Source of the DNA: Callorhinchus milii
Taxonomy: Eukaryota
Assembly (NCBI RefSeq): GCF_018977255.1
Contig: NW_024704743.1
Coordinates: forward strand, 47,370,001 to 47,434,000
Reading direction: 5' to 3'
Length of the DNA: 64,000 bases
Translations under genes and position numbers: made by a program
The notes under the pieces: model-generated
Databases searched by the model: none
Told to the model about the DNA's origin: nothing
What the model saw: the letters and a program-made list of their open reading frames with translations, nothing else
Part shown: positions 1 to 13,625 of the stretch, piece by piece
Numbering within the stretch: the first letter of the stretch is position 1
Layout of the letters: each line of letters begins with the position of its first letter

Positions 1-5
1 AAAGA

Positions 6-399
6 GGAGTCCTGCAGTGTATTGGTTAGAGCACTTGCCTCGCAAGCGAGCAGACCTGTGTTCAATTCCCAGGCAGGGCAAAACTTTAGGCAAGTTTCCT
101 TACTCCACACGCCTCTGTTTACTTAGCATTAACTAGGAACCTGGTTGTTAGTCGATTGGCGGATCACTTTTCTGGGGGTAATAATCCCTTCAAAATAAAT
201 AAATAAATAAATAAATAATAATTTGGTCACTCAATCCACGACTGTTTGTGGGACACGGTTGTGCGTAATTGGCTTCCGTCTTTCCCCCCAAAATATACAG
301 TCAATTCACTGTACAGTATATGTTGTGAAGCGCTTTGAGACGTCTCGAAGACGTGATTAGGTGCTATATCAAATGCAAGGATTATTATTATTATTATTA
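6..399 (+). mobile_element. tRNA-Ala-headed SINE, longer and older variant
   Basis: tRNA-like head with A and B boxes, an extra ~65-bp internal segment, the shared 3' tail and an (ATT)n end. Confidence 0.85.
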
Positions 400-2799
400 G
401 ATGATTGCCAAAGTGCTGGAGGCACCTCAGGGTAGAACTAAAAAAGGAAGCCCACGACAAAAAGTAATTGAATTAAATTATAAAAAAGTACATTGTGAAA
501 GCAATAACATTTTCCTCAATCTAATTTGAATTTGGGTTTGAAGTGCTGAACTGCTCTCTTGAAATGGCTTAATGGAAAGTCAAAACCTACCCCATCCCAG
601 CCTGATACTACAGATCCTTACCAGAGTTCAATGGTCGTCATTTCATTTTAAGGCTATCACACATACCCTTCAAATCTCACAATTACTTAAAGTTACACAG
701 AGTGATACAGCATGGAACTAGACTAGACCATGTACCCTACACAAACCCCCACCCCTCCTATTCCTCACACCTATACCCCTCTATTGTGCACCATGTTTTC
801 TCTTAAATGCACCGATCCTTCTTGCATTAATCACAGTTTCCAGCAATGAGTTACACATTCACACCATCCAGATGATTAAAATAATTGTACCTAAACCAGA
901 TTTAAATAGATCAGAGCTGGGTGTGACAAACAATTGGAATTAATAACAATTTGTATGTTTTGGGATGGTGGAGTATATTAATTGTGAGTTGATGGAAGAA
1001 TTGTGAGTACTGTGTGTGTAAACGTGTGCATGTTTTACATAAGTTCTGTAAAGCATGAACTAACTGTGTAAATGTTTTTGTACAGGGGAATTCTCGTAAC
1101 TATGTAATTAAAAACAAATAAATGGATGAATGTAATTTGAATGAATTCCTTTACATTGGTTAATTACACATGAAGCCCGCCTGTAATTCCTTCTGTACAT
1201 CTGTATTTAGATATGGTGCACATAACGTGTTTTATATACATGGGTTCATACATGACTTACTCATGGTTTACACAACTCACAAATCCTATCCCATACCTAA
1301 CACCTAACTTGTACTAGGGTTGCACATAAATGTTTTAAGTTGTTAACATAAGTAGTGCTATTTAAATGTAAGTTGTTGCATAAGTATGTAAAAGCACAAG
1401 TATTCTACAATATATTCAACCACATGGACCGAATGCTTTGGTGATGGCATTGTAAGGGTGCTTTTATCATATAAATATATTGTATTTTAGTGGTTGTGTG
1501 TCCAATATTGATATTTTGGTCCATGTACATTTTATTCAAGAAAATCCATTATCTTGACAAATGAGTAATGAACTAATGCAAGCCAACTGAAATATGATCC
1601 CTAACAGTCATAGCATTATTACTGATATACCTCCGTTATTACTAATGGTGTTGTCTGCATGTTCAGTGCACTAGCATTCTTTGATAAATCCCTCTTATGC
1701 TGGAGTCACAATGAAAAGGCATGCTTACAGATACGGGAGGTTAGCAGATGCTGTGAATGGTGCTGATAATAATGAACGTTCTAATCAAAATATAGTGAGT
1801 GTCTGATCAGCAGTTTATAATTTGGATAGATTTCAAAGTCATGCGCTGCAGATTGCATTTTAAGATTTATTGCTTTGCTCCTGCATTCCTGCTCTGTACA
1901 CCATGGTGGTGTGGGGGGAGGGGGGGTGGTTGTGAGAGGGGGGCCAGATGGAGAAGGCGATGGTGATGCTTTTACAAGTTGTGAAAAATAGTTCAAAGCA
2001 ACCTTATCAGCAACTGTCTAAGACAAACTTTGTTTTATTATCCACGATTCCAAGGGGAGTGTTTTGATGCGAGAATGAATGTAGAATGATCTTACACATG
2101 GAAAATTCCAATGAAACAGAAGAGGTCATTTTCAGAAATGTAACTGAAATGAACAAGGATTATACGCGGAATTCCAGTGCTAATTATTTATAGCAGTAGA
2201 GCCTTCTTTTCACCTGACCTCACCACATTGTCAAAAGCAAACCTGCGGCTCTCGATTTTCTTATTTAACAATGAAACGGATGGATATTAAATGGTGTTAT
2301 GTAACGGATCCTAAAATTGCCACAATAAATCTGTCCAGTTGCCTTTGCTTGCTTGAGGTTTACATTGAAACACTCTTCCGAGTATAGAAATGCCATCTGC
2401 TGCAACGCCGCTCCACCCTGAGGCGAATTTTAAGCACTAAGTTTCAAATTCGATGCATTAATTACTCTTATCAGATCCTTTGCTGCCTCTCTTCTTGCAG
2501 GATCTAATACTTGACTCCCCAAGGCTGTGACTTGATTAACCAGAGCCTGTAAACGCTATTAATTCCCAGTTTGTCAGGCAGGTGCAGGGAAGGTTGCTTG
2601 TGGTACCATCACAGTAGGGTTAATGGTAAGAAGCACTTGCAGCAAGCTGAATAATACAGCAAGGTTTGTAAATAATCCGAGTGGCACTATCTGACTTTTG
2701 AACTGCTCCCAAACTTTATCTTCCTGATCATGAGCAACAAAGCTCAGGATTTTTATCTTTATTTCCCCCTTCCCAATTCTCGCTTCTCCATCTAACCAT

Positions 2800-3070
2800 C
2801 CACATAGACCCAGAGAAATTACAGCACAAAGGAAGGCCATTCGGCCTATTGTTGCCTCTGAAAAGACGTATAGCTCCATTCTTCTGCAATTTCCCTATTT
2901 CCCTTTTCAGATATTCATTGATTCCCTCTTAAAAGCTAATATGGATTTTGCATCAACCACAATTCCAGGTAGGGCATTCCAGGTTCTAACAACCCTCTGC
3001 GTAAAAAGATTTCTCTTAACCTCACTCTCTCTATCTTTGCTCCTTACCTTATATCTATGACCTCTGTCTT
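2800..3070 (-). mobile_element. CR1 LINE 3' fragment
   Basis: RGHRYK...FTQRVVRTWNALP...FKRE motif. Confidence 0.8.
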
Positions 3071-5869
3071 CACAGCCAGAAAGTAAATCCAAGGAGGCAG
3101 CAGGACTGAATTTATATTTCTTAACGAAGGTACAATTGTGCTTAAAAGAAATGATTTATTTTCCAACCAGATGTTTATAGCGGTAACTGTAAACAGCACT
3201 TTTGGTGAACGGACAGTGGCTAAAAGGAAACAATTCAGTGCGGTCAGATGGGTCCTGATGAAAAAAATGGATATTTAAACATTCTTTCCAGCTCTGCCCA
3301 GGTCACGCAACTCCATCTAAGAAGTTCCAGCCACTTCATGCTGCTGTTCAGTTAGAATCAGAAGGCCAATAAGAGTGAACTGGAGACTAGTCCACTCAGG
3401 GTTCAGCTGTCTCCCATTGACTGGCAGCTAAGGTGAGAGTCAAAACTTACATTGTGCGGAGCTGAGGACATGAACCCATGTCCACTAAACAATGGGCCTA
3501 TTAGAGCTCTCACGTGCCATGCACAGATATATGCTGTGGATAGGTTAAATCAACGGCTGTAAGCAGAATGATTACTTAATTACTTACACACCACACCACA
3601 CACCACTTGCTAAACTAAGCAACCTTTGTTTTCCTTAATTCTTAGGTTCACGCTGTTAGGGTTACACAGTGGAATAAGAGTTTAGGTCTCCAGTTTAGAT
3701 ACACGTGCATTGACTATTTCCCCTCACTGAAATAAGAATTCAGGTGCCAAGACCACTGTTAATAGCTTCCAAGAATGAAGAAAGGAATTCTAAAATTCCT
3801 GGATTCTGGCTCATGCTTACAAGATAAACTGGGACAATGTGTGATGATAACAGGGAAATTACATTAGAAACCAACATAATCAATATCGTTAACCTTAATG
3901 TTGACAGGAATTTCATCCCCCTAAACCTTCTCAATTATAATTTGTTATTCAATCATTTATCCTCATGTGCAAGATGGGGTATGTCACGCACTCTTCATTA
4001 AGTCAGCACAACTTTTTTCAATGTGCTTTTGTAACACAATTTTTCATTATAAGTGTGCGACAATATATTCAGTACAAGCCAGCGGTCCATGTATTTTGGA
4101 GTCTCACTTTGATTTACAAAGTCTTTTCGATCAGGACTAACAACTGAAAAGCTTCTTTGAAAACGAATTAAACAACAATAATACCAAACAATTAAAGAGA
4201 AAGCGTTTCCCCCTAAATGGAGTTCTTAAAGGAAGAATTAATTTGGACTAAAAAGCAGAACAAAGTGTGAAAGCTGCTCAAGCCAGACACCCAGAGATGT
4301 GGAAGGGATCAATGTGCAGAAAGAGAGGGCAAACATGAGCTATTAACCCTCATCAAGTTACAGGGCATCCACCTTGCTAATGGAGAGTCTGCCAAAAATG
4401 TGCTATTAACACCACTATACAAATAGAAAAACTATACTCTGCAGTTTACCCATGAAGGAATATGCAATAGCCTGCTTATTATTTCAATTAAGGGCACCAG
4501 TAATGCATTCTATTTAACTTGGCAACAAAACCATTGCATTTGGTATTTAATAAAGTCAATAACAGTGTCTAATTTGGGATATTTGAAGGTTTTTTTCAAT
4601 AAATTAGAATTTTGTTCCCTAAAAAACTAGAACTCATTTCTGAGACTTTGAGCCCCTTACAAAAGTGTGACTCTAAGTTTAAAAGAAAACGATCAGCGAC
4701 CGCTGTATAACAATCATGAGAAAAAATTCTGGGTGATTTTTCTCTTCCTAATTGAGGGCACTGAGCCAATTGTAGTTGCTAAACCATCACCACAGTTAAG
4801 ATTAACACACAAACTACACACCATTTACTTCAATCTAATCTTGCAATTTAATTTCTTTCTCATGCATGAATAGTCCCAGACTTTTGCTGTCCACTGGATC
4901 AATTCAGTTTACAGTATATTCTGTGAAATGCTTTGAGACGTGCCAATGACGTAATAAGTGATTTTATCAAATGCAAGGATTTTTATTAGTATTTATTATT
5001 TTTATGGCTCAATGTCTCACTTCAGTTTTTACTTCAATAATGCAGTACCTGCAAACAAATAGTATAGTAAGGGTTGAAAAACACTTTTGGGGGAAATGCA
5101 GTGTAAATTGTGCCTTACACAAGAAAAAGTGCCGGAGAATGTAAAGTACATCTCCTCCAGGGAACCTCATGAATATCACACAGAGTTAAGGCAAGAGTCC
5201 TGAACTTGTATACAATATCCTTTTACAGGTAGACAGGTTTGGTTGAATGATCATCTATTTGTCACATTTAGATTCATTCTTCTCCCTGCACGTCATCTAA
5301 TCAAAACCAAATCACCATCAGAAATATATGTAAATACAAATTGAAAGTACCAAAGTGAAATGGTTTTACTGGTTTGGGTTACAATAACAATAACACAATT
5401 ACATTTGTGTAGCACCTTTCACATCGGGAGGACATCCCAAGGCCTAGTTACAAGTTGTGAAGTAGGTTATATCTATAACCAAAGGTAAGACTGTGACAAG
5501 CATAATCCTTTGCAAATTATCCTGAGAATTTGACCAAAAACAAAATATTTTATTTTTCCATAAATAATAATAATAATAATCCTTGCATTTGATATCAGGA
5601 GGGTATGATGTCCTTTCACAGCAAGAGGGTGTTGCAGTGCACCCCTAGTGTAACCCTAGACTTGGAGTTCATGTCTCAATGTGAGGCTTGAATCCATAAC
5701 CTTCTGATTCAGAGGCGAGAGTGCTCCCAACTGCACCAAGCTGACATATCCATCTACACAGGCTCATCATGTTCAAGATAAAAAATACTTGATGTCTGAT
5801 AGAAATGTATATGCAATTTTAAAAATTGCCAAGGAAACTTTGATCCATCATTCAAAGTGTTAAGGCACA

Positions 5870-6490
5870 CAACCTAACAGCATAATGACTATCCTGCAGC
5901 TCCACCATTCACTTATATGGTAATCACTGAATTGCAAAACATGCTTATTTTGCAGAAAGCCTTTGGTGCCAACATGATGCAATTTAATGCCGCTTTTACA
6001 TTCTGAGTTTGCCTCCGGAGGAAAACCAAACATCCGCACCAAATTTGGGAAAACCTTATTTAGAATCAGATCTCTCATTGCCTCTTCATACAGTAATGAA
6101 AAGTTCGGCATTGAAGAGGCATTGAACCCAGTCACATTCATGCACAAATGTCATTACAAATTTATGTTTGCAGCCTCCGCTTCCCAAATATCAGTGGTGG
6201 AACTGGGAACAATGCTGGCAGTTAAGTCGCCTAATATTCCGATGTATGTTCTAGTCTCTGCTACTGTTATTTGAGTACAAAGACTCTGAAACTAAAATTT
6301 CACACATGCCCCTTCACCAGTCTTCTTCAGATCACTGATGCAGGTGCTGTTCAGTCCCAGCCACAGTAATTGTGTAGCAATGGACTGTATTTCTATAGTT
6401 TCACATTTGAAATAAATCCAAATTCCCCCTCTTGATCCCATGTTATCCAGACTCAATTGTCATTCATGAGCACCATCAGCAAAGAGTTGT
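5870..6490 (-). mobile_element. Possible fossil hAT-superfamily transposase fragment
   Basis: FPNLVRMF..P.ANSECKSG resembles the hATC FPNL..P.S.A.CERGFS motif. Upstream DGA..NMGSRGGI..FK..IQS followed by a frameshifted HC resembles the hAT DGA.NM.G and HC.AH motifs. Many stops. Confidence 0.4.
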
Positions 6491-9379
6491 TAATCTGACC
6501 AGAGCAGGTAAGGGAGGCAACCAGGAATAGCTGGGTAAAAGTGAGTCATGAGGGAGCAGCATCAATGGATGTTATTAAAGTGGTGCCGCCTTCATGAAAA
6601 CATTTTTGGGAACGTTTTCTTGTAAGCACACAGTTTTTTTGATACATATTCAGCTTGTCCAGCATTCTGCCCATTACAGCTTTGGCTTGCATAGTTTAAG
6701 GACATGCCCACATCTCAAAGTCTCAATGAAGAGCTAGGTAAGTTGAGGCTGAGAATTCTGCAAATTTGCCTGGCTAATACTTCAGCGCTACAGGCATGGA
6801 TTCTCTCTAGTATTTCCATGGATGAAGGAGACACCAGGAAGACCCCACACATGCCAGTGATAAAGGATCACCTACTCCAAAACCTCTCCTGGGAACTTAT
6901 ACAGAAATAATTTTGACATTGAATTTTGTAAAATTCTATTTTATATTATAAAAGACAGTGCAGTACTTACAAGTCTGAGTTTTCATGGTGCTTTTAATAA
7001 TGAGGTAAAAGCTAGTTCAATTGCTGCTCTTTTTAATGGAGAAAGAAAGTTCTCCAATCTACAATGCCCTAGAAACTGGGGTTGAAAAAAGTTAAATGTA
7101 AAACCTTACTCTAAGCCAGATCTCCCATTGCTCGTGATTTTTAAAATGTAAATGTTACTTATTGCTGTTACTGTCGTTCCCCATGCAATATCCTCGAATT
7201 TGGGGTTGGAAAAGTCCTTCAATTTGAAAACTGAGATATATATGGATCCTCGCACTACAAAAAGTGCCTTGGGGCATTAAGTGCATCTGGCCTGCAGGGA
7301 ACCTGAAGTACACACCACACCACATCGAGAGAACTCTACTCCAACCTGAGAGGTCTCACAGGTTATCGTATATGTGGAGTTGTCTTCAGAAGACTCGCTT
7401 TACATCATAACACCAACTTGCATTTATACTTGCATTTATCACACAGGGTAGCGTCTCAGAGTGCTTAAATCACAACACAGCTTTCTTGGCATTAGATGTT
7501 CAATATGTTGCAGTTTTCTCTGTTAAGGGATTTTGCAACTCCACAGTACTTACTTTTACATTCCTTATGTAGTGCAGGACTACGTTCTATGCGTCAGTGA
7601 ACCAACTGCACAAACATTCAGCATGTAGTAACACATCATGTCACTAGGTGATGCCATTGGAAGTATTGTTGGAAAAATAGTCAACTGATTATCATTTGCT
7701 AAAATTCACAAATGTGAACATATTAAATCTTATTAAGTCAATCGTTTTATAAAACAGGGAAGTTTCTCCTTTTTCTGCCATAGACAAAGAGGGCTGGTGT
7801 AGATCTACTTCCAGACGCCATGTAAGCATGTAAAAAAAAGTGACAAATTATTCAAGAGCATCACAGCCAAGCAGGATAATAATATTTTAATATATTTTAG
7901 AATAATATATTTCTATAAAAAAATCTCAAAGCCCACAGACATTAGGATTGTTTAGAAATAATAGTAATATTCCTTACATTTGATAAGCACCTTTTATATC
8001 AAGAAGAAAACTCAAAGCATTTACTGTAAAGTGCAAGAACTGTATTTTACAGGCAAACATAGCAGCCAACTTGTGCACAAAAATAGCATGACTTGAATAA
8101 CCAACACTTGCCATAAAGCAGCGCTCCTCCAGCACTGCACCAGTCAGTCCTATCATAAATTTTAGACCCAAATTGGCCAATTTATGTTTTGCCATTCATC
8201 ATTGCTCACGCGTCTGAACTGGAAATAATAATAATCCTTGCATTTAATATAGCACCTTACCATGTCTTCGAGAGGTCTCAAAAACGCTTCACAGAATATA
8301 CTGTAAAGTGGATTCACTATATGTTTTGTGGGCAAAATGAAAGTAGATGCTATATAGGTAAATGTGGCAGCTAATATTTGCCCTAAACAACAAGGGAAAT
8401 TAAATTTGAAGTGAATACTAATGGAAGAAACAGAAAAGAAGATTGTGTTGATGAAGTGTCTAAAATGTTGAAACATCCCAAAAGTACTCGACAAGAAATT
8501 GCTGTAAAGTTTAGCTACTGTGTAGTTAAAATACTGTGTATTTCATAGCAATTTTGTACATGTGGATGAGGAATATGGAGTTTTGTACAAAAATGAGTGA
8601 AATTTTGATATTTTGTATTTAAAATAATTGGATAGAGATTTGCAACAATTCAAATAAACAAATAAAGGATTTAAAGATTATTTTTCAAGTACTGCATTAC
8701 CCGCAGCCTCTTTACCTTATTCACCAGCTACTGAAGTTACACATTTATAGAGACCATGAAAAAGGATTAGTATTTCCAAGTTTTGTATGTGAGATAATGA
8801 GACTTACACACATATGATCCTAGTGTGGCATTGCGTTCGTTTTGTACTGCAGGGTTTTTACCAACAGGAAGTAAAAAACCACGGATGTGGCAGAGATAAC
8901 ATTGCATTCACCAAATCTATCCAGCTCCCACTCACTTGCTTATAGTTCCAGCCACTCCTATAACTAGTTCCAGTAGACCTACAGAGTCTTGAATTAATCA
9001 ATGGGACACAGAAAGAACTCTTATTTTTATCGTGCCCTATCACATTGAAGCATCTCAAAGAGTCATGAGCTGAATGACCAACTCATCTGGAGCTACGACA
9101 ATAAGACACACTCTTTTGTTTAAAATAGTATCTTGGGGTCTGAAAAACAGGCAGACAGCACCTCAATTTAACATCTCACCTGAGATATGAATTATGTGCT
9201 GCTGTAATGCTGTAAGATGTTAGTGGATGGTAAACACCACAGGTTTGAATTATGGGTATGTGGGTATCCCTGAATATTCTGGAATTTCACCTTAATTATC
9301 TTAGAGGGACAAGGGAATATTTATTCAGAGCTTTCCCTTCAGAGATAGAGTGGGTGGGGTGGTGTCAACAACAGGTAAT

Positions 9380-9810
9380 GGTGTGTCGGTTGCAGAAACC
9401 TCAGGTTTCTCTCCTGCGGATCTAAACTCCTCAACCTCCTTGGGCTCTCCCTCACCGAACCAGTGCGCAACCTAGGCGTCCAGTTCGACCACCAACTGTC
9501 CTTCCTCCCCAATATCCGGTCCCTGACCAGGACCGCTTTCTTCCACCTCCGCCACATTGCCCGCTTCCGACCGTACCTTACCCCAAATGAAGCTGAAAGT
9601 CTCGTGCATGTGTTTGTCACTTCCCGCTTGGATTACTCCAACGCACTCCTTGCCGATCTCCCCAGCTCCACCATTCACAAGATCCAGCTCATTCAAAACT
9701 CTGCCGCTCACATACTGACCCGGACCACTGTTAAGCGCTCTGAGGTACTACCCTGCGTGGAGGGCGCTATATTAAGTGCAAGTTGTTGTTGGTGTTGTTG
9801 GTTGTTGTTG
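9380..9810 (+). mobile_element. L2 LINE 3' fragment with internal deletion
   Basis: RNLGVQFDHQLSF...FVTSRLDYSNALLA is joined directly to the 3' stem-loop and (TTG)n. Confidence 0.9.
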
Positions 9811-10179
9811 GAAGGAGCGGGCTTCCCATTTTCTTATAATGAAATGTAGAGTTAATCAGTACACGTTCATGCGGGGGGTACAGCAATCATCAGTCTATGA
9901 ACCATTGACTGGTACACCAGTGCAACTCGAGATTTAATGTTCTCCCAGAAACTAGTAAGATAATTTCATGGGACATCTTGTCCCTATTACACTTGCCTTT
10001 GGCTGTACCTTGTTACAATGTTATATCCTCATTTACCCCCTGTTATACCCTAATTTACTCCATACTCAATGGAGAGGTCACGTAGGGCAACCTGCTACTA
10101 GGTCTTTGCAAATGCCGTTAACAGTATCAGCGTGAGAGCGATCATCCTCTGATCTAAACTCTCTCTCTCTGTCTACTAC

Positions 10180-11760
10180 TACAACAACAATAACAGCAAC
10201 ATTACATTTGTATAGCACCTTTCAAGTCGGGAGGACATCCCAAGTTACTGGCCAATCAGTGTTTCGGAACTGAGCTGGGGGTCGGGATCTGGGAAGGTGC
10301 AGAGCAAAGGGTGATGGAAGGCACGGTTGAAGAGGAGAGACTTGAGATGGGTCTTGAAGGAGGCAAGGGAGGGTACGAGGCAGAGGGACTGTGGGATGGA
10401 GTTAAATTTATTAATTTAAGACTCTGACAGCCAGAGGGTGGGGCAGAGTGGCAGAAGGCCCGCCCACCAATGGTGGGGCGGACAAGGTGGGGTCGTGAAG
10501 CAGCCTGGAGCCCACTGAACGGAGGGAGTGGGCAGGTTGCAGGGGTTTAGGAGGTCACAGAGGTAGGGGGGAGTAAGGCCATGGAGGGCTTTGAAGGTGA
10601 GGACCAGGATCTTGAACTGTATCCTCTGTGTGATAGGAAGCCAGTGGAGTCGGACGAGGATGAGGGTGATAGGGTCATGGAGTGTGGTGTGGGAGAGGAC
10701 ATTGGCTGCAAAGTTATGGATGATCTGCAGCCTATGGAGGGAGGAGATGGGGAGGCCGACAAGCAGGGAGTTTGCATAGTCAAGCCTGGATGTTATGAAT
10801 GCATGTATGAGGGTTTTGGCAGTCTGCGGTGTGAGACAGTTGCGGAATCGGGCAACGTTGTGGAGGTGGGGAAGGCAGAGTGGGTCTTGGCACAGATGTG
10901 GGGTAAAAAAGATAGTTGAGGGTCAAACAAGACCCCAAGGTTCTGGACTGGCTTAGTAAGGTGGAGTGTGCAACCATGGATGGTGATGCTGTCAGTGCCT
11001 GAGGTGAGGAGGAGCTGACGGGAGCCAATCAGGAGAGCCTCGGTCTTGCTGGCGTTCAACTAACGAAAGTTAGCTCTCATCCAGGACTCGACGTCTGACA
11101 GACATTCTGACAGTGGTCCTGGAGTCAAGCATGGAGGCAGAGAAGTAGAGTTGGGTGTCATCCGCATACACATGGACGTTGACCCCATGTCTGTGGATGA
11201 TGTCATCAAGAGGGAGCATATAATATTGAAGAGGAGGGGACCAAGGACAAAGCCCTGAGGAACGCCACACAAGATGGTGTGGGGGCTAGAGGAGAAACCG
11301 TTTGTGGAGATGAAGTGGAGACAGTGTGAGAGGTACGATCTGATCCATTCAATGACAGAACCATGAAGGTTGTGCTGAGAGAAGAGGCAGTGGAGGAGGA
11401 TAGAGTGGCCAACGGTATCGAAGGCAGCAGAGAGGTCAAGGAGGATGAAGAGGCAGAGGGAGCCCTGGTCGCAGATGGACAGAATGTAATTTGTCACTTT
11501 GACCAGAGTTGTTTCTGTGCTGTGAGAAGCACGGTAACCTGATTGGAGAGGATCATGAAGGGAGTTGCGGGAGAGGAAGGAGCGAAGCTGGGAAGCAACA
11601 AATCGTTCCAGGACCTTGGAAAGGAAGGGTGATTGGAGATTGGGCAGTAGTTTGAGAGCAGGGATGGGTCCAGGGAGGGTTTTTTTTAAGTATAAGAGTG
11701 ATGACGGCAGTTTTTAAAGGGGTGGGAATGGGCCAGTGGACAGGGAGAAGTTTATGATGT
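10180..11760 (-). mobile_element. L2-clade LINE, 5'-truncated, degenerate RT plus 3' tail
   Basis: Translations include [45 protein letters not shown] and VQNLGVLFD; frameshifted; (TTG)n tail. Confidence 0.92.
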
Positions 11761-12194
11761 CTGTGAATAGAGGGGCAAGAGTGTAGAACTGTGAAAGAGT
11801 GTAATATCTGCTTAGTACATTCTATTGATGGCTCAGAGAGAGAAGAAAGTTCATTCTGTGACAATGCCCGCCAATATCTTTCTCTTATCAGTGGTTTACC
11901 TCATCATGACTCAAGACAAGATTGAACACTACCCACACACATCAAAGTCAGGGCTGGTAGATCTGTGCATTATTGTAGAGGTCAGACCGGAAATCCCAAC
12001 CAACTAAACTGCTTCCTTAATGAATTGGCACCAAGGGGCTCTGTGTTTACATAACATTTTATAAAAGGAAACTGTGGTTCTGCTAGTAAGATGAGAAAAG
12101 GCTCCAAAATCTGGGAATATTCTGGGAAGAAGAGAAGGCTCAAGGGGGATCCTATTAAAGTATTCAGGGACTTAAAAGGCAATCATACATAGAT

Positions 12195-13175
12195 ACAGAG
12201 AAAAGAAAGAGCAGACAAATTCCAGAGCCTCATTGAAACCACTCCCAGGAGAACTGTCTAAATTCGCGGATGACACAAAACTTGGAGGAAGTGCCAATAC
12301 AGGGGACGACATTAAAAAAATGCAGCGAGACATAGATAGGTTAGGTGATTGGGCAGGTAGGTGGCAGATGAAGTATAATGTAGGGAAGTGCGAAGTCATC
12401 CACCTATAGGTAGCAAAAACAGTAGAGCGGGATATCTTTTAGAAGGGGAGAGATTGGAATGTGTTAGTGTCCAGAGGGACTTGGGTGTCCTTGTACACCA
12501 ATCACAGAAAGTTAGTCTGCAGGTGCAGCAGCAATTGGAAGGCGAACGGTATGTTAGCATTCATTATGAAAGCATTAGAGTATAAGAGTAGGGAAGTCTG
12601 GCTGCAACTGTATAGGGCCCTGGTGAGACCACACCTGGAATACTGTGTCCAGTTTTGGTCTCCTTATTTAAGGAAGGATGTTCTTGCCTTGGAGTGGGTG
12701 CAGCGTAGATTTACTGGGTAAGTACCAGGGATGAAGGGGATGGGTTACGAGGATAGGCTGACCAATATTCTCTAGAATATAGAATAATTAGAGGTTATAG
12801 AAACCTATAAGATCATCAAAGGGCATGATAGAGTAGATAGTGGGAGATTGTTTCCCCTGGTTGGAGAAACTAAAACCAGGGGTCGCAACCTTAAAATCAG
12901 AGGCCAGCCCTTTCGCACTGAGTTGAGGAAGAACGTCTTTACTCAAATGGTGGTGAATGTATAGAACTCACTACCCCAAAGCGCTGTTGACGCTCAGTCC
13001 TTGAACATATTCAAGACTGAGATAGGTAGATTTCTTATTGCAAAAGGGATTAAGGGATATGGGATAAGGCAGGGTTAGGTTATTAGCTGGAGTTAGATTA
13101 GAAGATCAGCCATGATTGAATGGCAGGGCAGGCTCGAAGGGCCGAATGGCCTACTCCTGCTCCTACATGTTATGT
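12195..13175 (+). mobile_element. CR1-clade LINE, 5'-truncated RT C-terminus plus 3' UTR
   Basis: KFADDTKLGG, QRDLGVLVH and LYRALVRPHLEYCVQFWSP motifs; 3' UTR ggccgaatggcctactcctgctcct. Confidence 0.93.
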
Positions 13176-13244
13176 TAACTCTCCCATTCCACCTCCCAGC
13201 CCTTCTCTCATGGTTGACCACACAGTTCCCTTCTCCGCCTCAAC

Positions 13245-13625
13245 AACAACAACAGCAACAAGATTCCATTTATAGAGCGCCTTTCACATCGGGAGGACGT
13301 CCCAAGGCACTGGACAGGTGGGTCAGGACCCGAGCAGGGGGGAAATGGTCAGGGTGAGGGGAGGGAAGGGAGGGAGCTAGGAGGGGGTAGAGATTCGAGA
13401 GGGGAGCCGAAGGCTCGGTCAAAGAGAAAGGTCTTGAGACCGGCCTTGAAGGAGGAAAGGGAGGAGGCGGCGAAGGCACTGGGGGATGGAGTTCCAGAGC
13501 CTAGGGGCTGAGAGGCTGAAGGCCCGGCCACCGATGCTAGGGCGGATGGGGCGGGGGATATGGAGCAGACCGGAGCCAGAGGAATGGAGAGTATGGGCAG
13601 GTAGGTAGGGGATAATAGGTCCTCC
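13245..13625 (-). mobile_element. L2 LINE 3' end
   Basis: SFKAGLKTFLF motif, stem-loop tail and (TTG)n. Confidence 0.85.

Noticed and set aside
1781..1996. Proline-rich 71-aa minus-strand ORF
   Set aside because: It derives from a short G-run tract, lacks the expected RLKAAL start of the next CREB5 exon, and has no convincing splice sites.
10180..13175. Functional reverse transcriptase or retron-like system
   Set aside because: The RT motifs are frameshifted, 5'-truncated L2 and CR1 fossils in opposite orientations.
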